The notes under the pieces are model-generated. The model was not told the DNA's origin. It worked only from the letters and a program-made list of their open reading frames with translations, and made no database searches. Positions 39,482 to 52,036 of a DNA stretch of 64,000 nt are shown in pieces. The translations under genes and the position numbers were made by a program. Positions within the stretch are counted from its first letter, which is position 1. The number at the start of each line of letters is the position of its first letter. The DNA is from Paraspadella gotoi (lineage: Eukaryota; Animalia; Chaetognatha). Location of the stretch: the NCBI GenBank assembly GCA_051294375.1, contig CM119264.1, positions 25,422,051 to 25,486,050 of the forward strand, written 5' to 3'.

Positions 39482-42400
39482 AGGATATTCGGGGCGCGGT
39501 AAAAATTTGAATAATTTTCGCTCTCGTCCCCGCGAGGAAAGGAAAATCGTAATCTGCCCTTCGCGATCTTTTTTTTTTTTCCCAAAAAAACTAAAAGAAG
39601 GAAAGAAATCGACGGTGATTTTGGGCGTCAAAAACAAAAGAAGATTGAGAGATTATTTTATTTTGAAATATTCCAGTTGATTTCAAAAGTGACAAAATTC
39701 ATTTCAAAAAGGACTGGAGTGAGAATAACGAGGAAAAAAATTAAAAAGTGGGAGTTCAATTCAAGCGAAAAACGGAATTTGGTAATAACTTATATGCAGT
39801 TGTTAAAGTAATAATACTCCAAAAAAGAAACTTCGAATGCGAAATTTTTGAAAACTAGTTTGATTAGTAATTAATTTTGTTTACATACTGCATTTGATTT
39901 GAATTGGTATGAAAAATTAAGGCCTCTCGTATAAAATCAGTAAAATATTTCATGTAGGAATGATAAAAAGTACTCTAGTTCATATTGCAATGAACTCAAT
40001 ACTTTTAAATATTAAATCGTTAAATTTAAAAATTATTGGCAATTCCGATAAATAAAAATTAATAGTAAATCGAGGGAAAAAAATCAAAAAACGCGTGAGG
40101 CAGTAAACCAAAAGGTCCCTACGTAAATGGGTCCCTTGTGTTATTTTCCAAGTTTTCACCTGCATTCAGAAATAACGCAATATTTGGCTTTCCTTCCCCC
40201 ATCTCCTCAAAAGAGTCTGTAATCCTTCTCTCACACATCCGCTTCGAGTCCATTCCCAGCACAACCTCGTCCGTTCTCTTTCATCTCCTTCTCCGCTCCA
40301 CCAAAGACTGCGGCACAGCGTGCAGAGGCCACTGGTCGCAGCACAGGACTGCAGCCTCAGATTTGGGGTCGAGCAATTGCCCACGTAATTAAAGTCCCAG
40401 CGCCAGGCGTGGTACTCGGCGTAGGCCGTCGCGTTTCGGTTGAGGTAAATCAGGTAACTGTGGGAAGCGGGGAAGGAGTGGGGCAAAAGGAGACAAATTC
40501 AAATTAATGGTTTTCGACAAAAAAACATGAATAGCGCAAAATATTCAAAAAAGAAGATTTTCATTCTCCGAACATTTCAGCTACTTGGCAAATCGCTACT
40601 TAAAAAAAAAAAAAAAAAAAAAAAAAGAAAAACCTTTTGCCTTCACTATTCGCTATATTCACTTATGATCAATCGTCCATCTCCAATCCCAGAAGCCAAA
40701 CTAGCCACTTTTCCCGCCTAAACCTCCCAGCTCCCTCTACCCGGCTTCCCCCCCCCTCTATTCTAACCTGGCCAAAGCCCGACGTTTTGAAAAATCGTCC
40801 ACGTTGATGTAAGAATGAGGAGGAGCGTCGCGAAGGTAGTTTCCGCCGCCCGAGGACGATCGGGACGACGTCGGCGTGATAGAGGTTGCGGTAGAATTTC
40901 TCGGAAAATGTAATCGTCGCAGTAGCTGAGAAAAGTTATTGACTGAATGAATGAATTTAAATGATTGATCAATTTGTCGATTTATTGAGTTATTCGTGTT
41001 GTTTTTTTTAATTCTTTTTTTCTGTCATCATTAAGTGATTTGACCGCTAATAAAAAAGAATAAGTATTTAATTTTCCTTACGAATTCTCGAGCGCCAAAG
41101 TAGAATTTGTAACGTATGTCCGAGCATCGAGATCGCAATTGTCCGTCTGTTTGTCAATGATCCTTTCAGCTGAGCGTGCCGCAACGGCCCGTAGATGTCA
41201 ACCTCGAGGAAATAAGCCTAAAATCGAATGTGTTATAGACCTAATGTTTTAAATAAACATTAAAATTGTCAAACATTCCGGCATCAACATTCTTTTCTAT
41301 GAATTTAAAAGTTTATGAAAACGAAATGAAATTTATGAATAGCTTAAATAAAAAAAATCAAAAAAAATATATCCTAAATCTCCAAATCCTTAAAGGCGCA
41401 AATCTCTAAATCCTGGGGCGAGACTCACTGGAGATTTTCCACCACATTTTTCCCGATGAATGTCCGTCTTGCAGTGAAAGGCGACCAAGCGACCATCTTC
41501 TCTTGTGGTCGTATTTCTGCGGATACATGGGGAAGTTTTCGTCGAACTCCATGAGGTACCAGGCGGACCCGCTGGAGCGGGGACGTCAGACGAGAGCGAG
41601 TAGGTCATGGGGTCCAGTTGAAGAAAGGAGTCGTGTTGAGAATATACTAAAGGAAAAAGAAGAGAGAAAAAGAGAAGAAATAAGAAGAGGAAATTAGCGT
41701 CATCAAAATTCAAAATTAAAAACTTATAAAAAAATAACATGCATGATTCCCTTCTTACAGAGTTTATTATCTCTATTATTTTTTTTAATCAATCTTCTTG
41801 CCAGTCATTTTTCTATCCTTTTCTAAGCTCGACTCCACATTCCTTCGACAATACAACACACGGGCTAATGGCGCCGTTTTAATTTAAAAAAGACATGAAA
41901 CATTTTTAAAAACAACGAAAAAAGCAACTCAAGACGCTCTTCAACTCTGTCCCACAAAGATTCTCTCACGACGATGGTCGGGGCCCAAGTTGAAGTAGAT
42001 TCCACTTTTTGCAGAGGATTGAAGTCGCCGCGGCGCTCCCGACAACTTCCGCAGCTCTGCGTGCGGCCATGCATGTGAGGTAGTGACACTGGGGGCGAAG
42101 CCGTCGGGAAGTCTTCGAAGGGCCGAGAGGAGAATAAAGGGTTGGGAATATATAGTCAATTGTAAATACATGCTTTTTTTCCCACAAAGTTAGTTGGTTT
42201 TTTTTTTTTTTAGATTTCTTTTATTTCATAGTAAGCTGTAAATTATTCATTCATTTTATTTTTCCCCAGCAGACATCAAAATTCTCAAAAGGGGATTATA
42301 TCATATCAAGTCGCATTTCTCAAAATCGGAAAAGAACGCTGTCCAATTTTTTTTTTTTTTTTTTCTTGGTGAGACGCAATTGTTCCATGGAATTTGAGAT

Positions 42401-42594
42401 CAGGAAAGGCCGTCGTCCCGTCTCACCAAAGTCAAAAATGCGTTGTTTGTTCCAGAATTTCGTCACCACACATATCGTTATGCCTTCCGGGATGACTGAG
42501 TCCGGGACCGGGGTCCGAGGGCGTCTCCGTGGAAGCGGGCGATTTCTCTTCGCATCTTCCTTCTCCATACTCTCAAGCGGATTTTTGTAAGAGA
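32255..42594. repeat. Inverted duplication: ~32255-37184 mirrored at ~37297-42594 around a 25-N gap (37185-37209)
   Basis: For example cgactttaatcttcgcagtttatt (37161-37184) vs aataaacttgcgaagattaaagtcg (37298-37322); the mirror continues to the middle of a FucT exon. Confidence 0.95.
40207..42594 (-). CDS. Alpha-1,3-fucosyltransferase (GT10) copy C, inverted, 5'-truncated, with indels
   Basis: ORF 40166..40486 (YLIYLNRNATAYAEYHAWRWDF) and ORF 40763..40972 (YCDDYI) match copy B; homology stops abruptly at ~42594. Confidence 0.8.
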
Positions 42595-43102
42595 CCGGAG
42601 CAAAGAAAAAACAGTCGTCCTTGTCTCTAAACGTGGGAACGAAATTGACTGAAATTTCATAACCGTTTTACTTTCGATCAAAATTAGTTTTTAGACTTTC
42701 AAAATAGTAAGCTTGCTTTGCTTTGGCTTTTAGTACGCGCTTGAAGCAATTTGTCAAAATCTTGGCCAAGTCAATTTTTTTCCCAGGAAAATTTTAATTG
42801 GGGGGAAAAAAAATTTCACCAATTTTTTTAATGATCTTATTTTTTCCCTGTAGTTCCACGAAACCTATTGATTGTTCGATTTTTTTGGTTATAATGCTTA
42901 ATTGTATTACCTTACTTTTGTTAAATATTTCAAAGTATTAAAGGGTATTTTTCAGTTTTTCTCCGAATCCAGCGAAAGTGGGAAGAGAAAGAATTTCCCT
43001 CAGGACGCTTATCTAAACTTATCTTGAGTCAAGCTGATAAGAAAATACGCCCGGCCACGTTCATAACGAAACACACTCAGCTCCAGACTGATTTATCTTG
43101 AA

Positions 43103-43202
<100 letters not shown>

Positions 43203-44511
43203 CTTACTCGAGGTATGGGTGTGAATTTGATATATGCTTTGAGTTTTCACCCTCTTGGTCAGCTAGTGGGGAAAACTTAAAATATTTTTTCTTCGTTTTC
43301 TCGAGTAACTTTTTAGATAATTTCTGACAAAAAAATCTATTTAGTACAAAAACTTAAATTAAAAAGTTAAGAAGGTTAAGAAACTCAATAATCGTTCAAT
43401 TAGAACTAATGAAAAACGGAATATGACTTTTTGGTTTTCTTTCTGTTCGTCTGTCTCTCGTTCTGACCTTTTTTCTGTGCCTGTGATTCCGACTGTTGAT
43501 CAAACCAACTGACTGTTGGTAATAGCATCAGTGAGCACAACCCGGGTTTCGGTGGTATCACTTTTCCTGTCGAAGATTCTTTCTCAATCCTCATCCCTTG
43601 TCACTCCCTCTTCCTCCTCCTCCTCCTCCTCCTCCTCCTCTTTTTTTCAACATCTTTTTCTTCTCCTTCTTCTCCTCACGGTCTTTCCCCCAGGAAAGGC
43701 CAAAGGATTATAAAAGGAAAAAAAAAACCGCGAAAAAAAACTACGTGTTCTGGTGACGGAAAAAAAGCAAAAAAAAACATGAAATTAAAAATAGGAAACA
43801 TGCCATTTAGTGTTTTTTTTTTGTTTCCAACATTTACTGCCAATTTTCTTTTCTATTTTTTTTTATTTTTTTTCTTTTGTGGTTTTTTTTCCTCTCGAAA
43901 AGTTGAAAGGGAAAAATTTTTCGACGGTTAAGGCGATGCCAGAATCGCAGTAAAAGGTCGTCACACGCCTTCTTTTTATTTCCGTCAATCTCTCTCTCTC
44001 TCTCTCTCTGCCTCATATCCTGCTGTTTCGTTTGCATCTCTGAAACTGAGATTTTTCGTTCCTACGAATTTGCGGGGAAAAAATAAAAATAAAAAAAAGC
44101 AAAAGAAAGAAAATCAAGAGCAGACATCAAATATTCTCGTTCGTTCATTTTCCGTTGCGATAAAAAAAAAGAGAAGCCCATAGAAAACGGATGCGGATTG
44201 CGGATGTAACCGGATCTCGTTCACATATCCGGTTTACCTGGGATTTTTTTTTATAATTCGGATTTTACTATTTTACATACATTGAAAAAACTATGAATAC
44301 TAAATTGACTATCAACTAATAGAAAAGATTAACCAAAAGATAAAAATATTTAAAACATACAGACTGAACGATAGAAAAACAAACATTTATAAAGAAAAAA
44401 AATTTTCACGTAGTTTCGATAGAAAACCTAAAATTCAGATTATATTTTTTTTCCGCGCATTTTGAATTTACGACGTAAGTTTTCGCGCATACATGTATCA
44501 TTCTCTCTCTT

Positions 44512-44592
<81 letters not shown>

Positions 44593-45334
44593 TTTTCTTT
44601 TTCGCTGATTTGAGATAAAATTTTTGCGGTATAAAACATTTCCTTTGCCCACTTCGTATTTTCTTCGTATGAAGTTTGTTTTCGATTTTTTAGTAGCACC
44701 ACTCTCGACATTAAAACGCTCTCTCGGTTTTAGAATTGAGAACTTCACTTTATTAATTCGAATTTGGCGAAAAACGTCGACCAAAGCGAATTTTTACAGT
44801 TTACAATTGAATTTTTGACTTTTATTGATCCACCAATAAAATATTAGGTTGGCGCCTCGGTGGTTAAAGCGGATCTAAATGTCGACACAGAAAACTAGTC
44901 GCTTTGTCGTAAGAAAGTTAGAAAGTTAAGGCGTTTGATCTGTCGATCAATATAAAATTTAAGAAAAAAACATTGAGGCGAGATGTAATTTAAATACCAA
45001 CCAATATGAATGATTGTTGAGTAGCCGATCATTCGTCGGAGCAAAAAATATTAAACAAAAAAGTTTTTTTTCTAAAATTCAAAGAATTTCGACCGTCGGA
45101 ATTTGAATTTTTTTTCTTTTACCTACGAGAATGTAATATATTCACAAGATTCAGTGAGAGGTGAAGTTTCGACAACGTAGTGGAGGTGTGTCTTGAGGGA
45201 ACGGTGACGTGGTGCCATGGCTAGACTTGCCATGCCATGCCATGCTAGACTTGACCTGGCTAAACTTACTTAAACTATAAAAAATCGAAATCGTGCTCAT
45301 CTACCTCCCCTTAATTTTGATATGAGGCAAATAG

Positions 45335-46160
45335 TCATCAATAGAATAAGGCATTAAAATAAAAATTAAAAATGTTATACTCTTGTCATAAAAACTCAAA
45401 CGCAAAAAAAGTCGGGACAAAAAGGCCTTTCTATTGTGGTCAAAATGCTGTGCGGGTGGTTAACGTTTCGGAAGCAATGACGGTGAAAAATTGCGCGATG
45501 GAATCTGTTGTAGTGGAAACGCGGAAATAAAACTGGTGAAGGGGGAAAATCTGTAGCGATATGACACATGGAAATGGCGAAATGACCAGTGGGAAAATGG
45601 AATTTGGAAATTGGCAGATTTAAAAATATTACTAGATGAATTTGATTTGATTTTGAAATTATACATAATCTGATGATGAATTGATAATGATAGAAATGAT
45701 AATAAAGAATTTAAGCAATAACAAATATCTGATCGGAATAAATAATTTAAGATTGAAATCCACGTGTGTGAAGATCAAAATGATGAAGGAAAGCAGCGAT
45801 GGTGAAAAAAGGCGAAGAATAAAAGTGTTGAAGTGATGCTAATGCTATACTATTCCCGAATATAACCGAAACAAACTGACACATGATTATGGCTATATAG
45901 CATCGACAAGTAGCATGTTGGGAGCTGCNNNNNNNNNNNNNNNNNNNNNNNNNCATCAAGTAGAATAAGGCAATAAAATAAAAATAAAAATGTCATAAAA
46001 ACCAAACCAAATAAAGTCGGGACAAAAATGGCCTCTTTGTGGTCAAAATGGTCGTGGGTGGTTAACGTTTCGGAAGCAATGACGGTGAAATNNNNNNNNN
46101 NNNNNNNNNNNNNNNNNNATTATGGTATATGCATCGACAAGTAGCATGTTGGGAGCTGTG
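45335..46160. repeat. Small local duplications around gaps (45335-45490 approx. 45954-46091; 45890-45928 approx. 46120-46158)
   Basis: Shared catcaa.tagaataaggca...gttaacgtttcggaagcaatgacggtgaaa and gcatcgacaagtagcatgttgggagctg next to the 25-N and 27-N gaps. Confidence 0.85.
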
Positions 46161-46401
46161 TTATACTTTTTGTATTGTTGTATTGTATTTTTATATTTTT
46201 TTTGCTATATATCATATTTATTGATATTTTTACGATACGGATATAGAAGAGAGAAAAGAGGGAAATTTGGTGGAGTTTCTCAGTATCCCTTTCATCCATT
46301 TCACTCACCAGCTGAGCTTAACTTTCGCTTTTCAACCGATGGTAAAGAAAAAAGTCGCTCTTTTTACTTTTTTTATATTTTATGCAACGAATCCACCTGA
46401 G

Positions 46402-46436
<35 letters not shown>

Positions 46437-47583
46437 NNNNNNNNNNNNNNNNNNNNNNNNNNNNNNNNNNNNNNNNNNNNNNNNNNNNNNNNNNNNNNNN
46501 NNNNNNNNNNNNNNNNNNNNNNNNNNNNNNNNNNNNCTCACTACGTCTGTCTCGGAAGAGATAAGACCCCCGACCTACTTTCCAGCTTCTCACTCCGCGT
46601 TCGCCACACAAAAAATACCTGAACGAATTGAGTTTCTACGCCGCCGAAATCCAAAGGACTTACCTCGACTTTCCCTAAGGCTTATCTGCTGAGGCTGAAG
46701 CGTTGGCGATCGACGATTATCCTCATCCGACTGCTGGAGATTCTCTACTTCCCATCAGCTTCATCTACCGATTTATTTTCTTCATTTTTTTTTCATATCG
46801 CAGCTGAACCGCGATTGAAATGCATCATTTTCTCTCCTCAAAATCTCATTTTCTCTTCATTTTTCGTCTCGTTTTTCTTTTTCGATAAAATCTCACCGTC
46901 GGAGGTCAAGGCGATCCCATTTCGCTCTCACTCTCTCCTTCTCCATTTTCCCCTTGAAAAGGTCGATCCTGACTCCCTCTCTCTAAATATTTTCACTAAG
47001 TGTCGCGGCGACCTTCTTCATTATTTCAACCGATCGAAAATAACGTTTGAAAACATTACATCGCACAATTGCCACATCCGCCCCCCTTTCTTCAATTTTC
47101 ACTTTTTCCCCACTGCCGCCTTTGGTTAATTTCGAAACTCGTTCACCCTCCAACGGTATTAATTCACTCTCTCGCCGTCGAATGTTATAATCGTCGTGAA
47201 ACATCGTGAATCACGCAGGTTTTCTTCTCTTGTCTCTCGGTGACTCACGTGGAAATTTACATCTAAAAGTGATTCATCGTATCATCGATTCTCCACTAGA
47301 AAAAATCTTCACAATACCTTTCCAAATATGATAAAATGTTCTGTACATTAAACGTTTTGGTATAGATAATATCCGAAAAAGTAATTTAACCGTTGTACGA
47401 AGTGTAACTAGTTTTTTTTCATTATGTATGTCAGCGACTTTAAACGTGACTAATGATTTAAACCCTCAATAAAGAATTAATCGTACTGTACTGTAGTTTG
47501 CTCCATTTTTTCCTGTTTAATGTAACTCGATGTTGATTTTAGTCCACCAACTCAAAGATAACTCATACGATAAAATCATCAAG

Positions 47584-47633
<50 letters not shown>

Positions 47634-47652
47634 AAGAGAGAGAGAGAGAGAG

Positions 47653-47692
<40 letters not shown>

Positions 47693-47746
47693 AGAGAAAG
47701 AGAGAGAGAAAGAGAGAAAAGAAGAGAGAGAGAGAGAGAGAGAGAA

Positions 47747-47788
<42 letters not shown>

Positions 47789-48280
47789 AAGCAAGAAAGC
47801 GAGCGTTCGCGTGCTTGCGGTTTTTGTTTATTTTTGATATTTTTAATCTTTCGATGTCGTCGTCGTTGTCGTTGTTGTCGTTGTTGTCGTCGTCGTTGTA
47901 GTTTCTTTCTCGTGAATCATCGTCGATTTTAATTTCGTTTTACTCCGACAACATTTTTCTTTCTTTTTTTTCTTATTGGATTTTATCTTTCTTTTCCTTT
48001 TACATTTTTTCCCGCGACAGGGAATTCTCGATTTTTTTCACTTAAATTCCTTGTTACTCTCGACGTTTTTGCCATAATATATTTTTTTTCGATGTTTTTT
48101 TTTTACTTCGGTTTCTTGTACAAGCTTCCTGGCGTTTTTAGCAAAGTCGAAGTTTGCATTATTGGTTTTGTATTTGTTAATCGTACGACGTTTCATATTT
48201 TGTTTACATTCTCCTACTTTGGATTCTTCTCCCTCTTGTTCTCTTAAACATAGATTTATTTTTATATTACTATATTATCT

Positions 48281-48313
<33 letters not shown>

Positions 48314-48320
48314 TCTCTCT

Positions 48321-48365
<45 letters not shown>

Positions 48366-48558
48366 TCTCTCTCTGTACGTATCTTTCAACAAAACTTCCT
48401 TACATTTCCTGAGGCTCCATATTCCGCTCCTGTTTTCGCATCAAAATTCTTTCTCCCGTTTTTTCTCGTTTTCTTTCTGGTTACTATCTCTTTTATTCTC
48501 GCCTCTCTCTCCCTCTTTTCTCCTTCATCATGTCTTTTAAACTTTTTCTTTTCTCTCT

Positions 48559-48629
<71 letters not shown>

Positions 48630-50281
48630 CTCTCTCCAATAATTCTATCCTCTCCCTATTTTTTAGTTCCTTCCTCTCTTTCCTCTCCTTCCTCTCGCCC
48701 CGAAGAGACCTTCGGGATTCGTGTCTATTCCTTCCTGCTCTTCCTCCCTCCTCCTCTTCCTCCTCCACCTCCTCCACCTCCTCTTCTTTCTCCTCCTCCA
48801 ATTCAGTCAGTTCTTTCCACGGGTCTCATCTCTGCATCATTTGGGCAAGAGGACTGGACCCTTGAGACAGGGCACCTATTCCTGTCGATCTCCGGTCTTA
48901 CGAAATACACTCTGGAGACAGGTTACCCTTACTTGCACTAGCAAAAAGCACAATTTAATATCAGCAATTACTTTCCTGTTTTCAATTAGACAATAACTTA
49001 CAATTACTAATGATCAAATATATTTTTGAGTCTTGTACCGATCTTTTCATAGCCTATCAATGGCTCCTTTCAATCGAACGACATTACGACATTCATACGA
49101 CATAATACGCGAAAAATCCTCGGTGCTTTTAAGATCTAAAAAAAACCTGATAAGGTTCAATAACGTTCTCCTCTAGAGCAGACGCCCTTTTTGTATCTCC
49201 CTCTCCTTTTCACTTCAACGGCCATTTTACCCACGTTTCAGTTCCTGTCCGGTGAAAGTAAGTGCCCGTTTGGCACGAACGACCTCACCATTCAGTTTCG
49301 ATAAAGTGCCCGTTTGTCTGGGCCCACGTCTCATTTTTACAACATTCTTTCTCGTGTTATTGAGCTTATTTTCCGGTCTGCTTTATTTGTAATGTACAGT
49401 TGTACTGTATAATAATAAAATTTACCAAAAAAAATTGAAAACTTTTCTCGATTAGGCTAATGGAAGCAGGGAAAAATCATCGTTCTATCCGCATGCAAAC
49501 GGTCGTTTGTGCAATGTCCTCTTAATAGGTCGTTTTAGCACGCAATGAGCCTATTCTGCACGCGTTTAAAGCAGATTCTGCATGGGACCCATTCTTCCAC
49601 TTCTTCTTTCCTTGCTTTTGGTCTGAAACACATAGGTACCAATTTCCTACCTTTCCAAGCCGACAAATTAAATCGACGCGCGAACCGGAAACGATCTCAT
49701 TTGCTTCAGTCATCCATCGCTGACTTAGAACGAAATTTGCTTGACATTGACCCGTCTGAATCAAACTGTTTCGTGAACGCCGTTGGATATCCTATTTAAA
49801 ATTACCACTCATGGACAAAGTTTGTTCGATTTGCCTAGATTAATCTACACTTACTTTAATTAAAATAGAGGTAGCCCCACTCAATGGGATGAGTCAAAAA
49901 TTTATACATTTTTAAGTATACTTTCAATGGACAAAGAATTTATTATATGGCTTTATACCCTAGTAATTAATATTTTAATATTTATTTAAGGCCAAAAAAA
50001 TTTTTTGAGAATTTTAAAATTTTAAGACCAGATTCATATAGCTCATAAAAAGTTGTCTACACAAAGTATAATTCTTTTTTAAATATTTTTATGATAAATG
50101 AGTCAAAAATAAGAAAAACCTTAAAAAATTGTTATCATCATCATCTTTCGATGATTCAATATTTTCACATAGAAAACGTAAAAATTTTTAAAAGCAATAA
50201 TTATACTTCTTGATTAACTTTTTATGCTTTATCAGAATCCTTCCAAAAATTTTCAGATTTCCAAAAAATTTTTTATCTATA

Positions 50282-50612
50282 TACTATCTAGAAAAAAAAG
50301 TATATAACATAATTCATTCAATAAAAAGTATACAAAACATGGGTAAAACATTCTCAATATTTGGTATGCCAGTGAAATGTTTTCCCACATCTTCAACGCA
50401 ATTCTTTTCAGACCCGATGTTGATGTTGCATGTCTTTAGAATTGCCAAATTTAAAAAAAAAAAAAAATTAACTCAATTTGAAATAAAAACAAGTAACAAA
50501 ATACCAAAAAATTAATATAAATCCGGAAACATTCTGATTTTTTTTAAATCAAACAAGTTTTTAGATAGATATCCTTTATTAAAAATGTTATATACTTTTT
50601 TCCTAGATAGTG
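50282..50612. mobile_element. ~330-bp MITE-like element with ~28-bp terminal inverted repeats
   Basis: Left end tactatctagaaaaaaaagtatataacat; right end atgttatatacttttttcctagatagtg; AT-rich non-coding interior. Confidence 0.6.
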
Positions 50613-52036
50613 GTACAGGGCGTAACCATTAGTCAACTTTTAGAAAAGAAAGAACCCATTCGTGAAACAAGTCACATTCCATAATTACTTGTTAAAAAGG
50701 TAATGGTGGAAATGGTTGGGGCAGGGGTGTATAGAGTTAGAAACCTTCCACAAAGACGAGGGGGCCCGGGAATAGCTTATGGGGTATTTGAAATAATATA
50801 AAATGTAATATGCCCTTTTTTGAAGGCACCCAAACAATTGTATAATTAATTGTAGAGGGTGTGATGAGCCTAGCTTACTGGAGGGCCCATGGCGTACCAA
50901 AATGTGGAGGAGTCCACCAATACTCTACACGGCATTGGGTGGGGGTTAAGAATGCAGCTTATGAAAAAAGCAATAAATGCTTGATAAAAGTTATAATAAA
51001 CGTTAAAAAAAGTAGAGATGAATCTTGGACGATGTGAAGAATGGGCAATATAAATGAGGTTTAATTGAATCTTGAGCAATTAAAATGAAGTTTAGATGAA
51101 TCTTGGGCGATATGAATCAGGTTCAGAAGAATATTGCGCGATATGAGCTTATGGCATATGGTATTGTTGGCATTTCTGATCATACATTCAAGAAAAGGCC
51201 ACCGAGGCAGCAGGTGAACAATCTCAAGTGCGAAAGGTAAGCTACCTTTGATTATTAAGGCGGTAAATACACTGAAGCTTTTATTATTTAATAATACACG
51301 AGAAATGACTCAATTTATTTAAAATTTTGATTTTAATTTTAAAAGCTAACTATTTACTATGGACTTTAATTAATGGCACTCAGGATAGAGGCTACCCTTA
51401 CCGCCAGGAGTTAAAGAGTTAAAGTTTAATTTAGCTTGATTTTTTATTATACCTATGTAAGATTTCAAATAATTAATTTATAAATTATGTAAAATAATTC
51501 ATCTATTCAAAACTTTTTTTGCTGAAAAATGATACTGGTATAAAAGAAATAATGTTTCGATTTTTTAATAACAAATACACAGACGATTTCACACATTTTC
51601 CAACAATTTGACAAAAATTCACATTGTATAGAAAAAAAAATTATACCTCGCATGTAAATAATATTTGAATTTTCCAAAAATTAATTACAACCAATCAAAT
51701 TTATAAAAAAAGCAATGTTCACATAGCTTTAAGCAATGTCATTAAAAAGATAACCACTCTTAGGACTTAATTTTGCTTTAAAAAGGCGGAGGTTTTCATT
51801 GATAAAATATCCCTCGATTACTAAGATCGACGTCGACTCCTACCACTCTAACCTTCGAAATATTGACTTTAATCAGTCAGGACCTTTTTCTCTAAATAAT
51901 AAGTTGCAGTCTGACATGAAACGCCTCCATCATCTTTGAAAATATTTATCTAATAAAGAAAATTTTTCAATTTTATGAGATATAAATGAACAAAACAAAA
52001 TTTATTCTCCTCTCATAACCAAAAACCAAGTTCATT

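Noticed and set aside
27042-42594. Tandem/inverted cluster of three fucosyltransferase paralogues or pseudogenes
   Set aside because: Introns are as similar as exons, differences are indel noise, and junctions coincide with 25-N gaps; redundant assembly of one locus is more likely.
43450-43690. Frames interrupted only by TGA, hinting at TGA=Trp recoding (also near 2010, 3655 and 48810)
   Set aside because: Both recognisable genes use TGG for Trp with no in-frame TGA; strand and coding status of these islands are unknown.
45670-45700. CTGATGA...GAAA hammerhead-like spacing
   Set aside because: No stem II, helix III or cleavage triplet can be formed.
46570-47204. Possible minus-strand exons (…REGVRIDLFKGKMEKERVRAKWDRLDLR, …EVENLQQSDEDNRRSPTLQPQQ) and a micro-exon candidate at ~36696-36740
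   Set aside because: Donor-like sites exist but frames cannot be joined confidently and no domain is recognisable.
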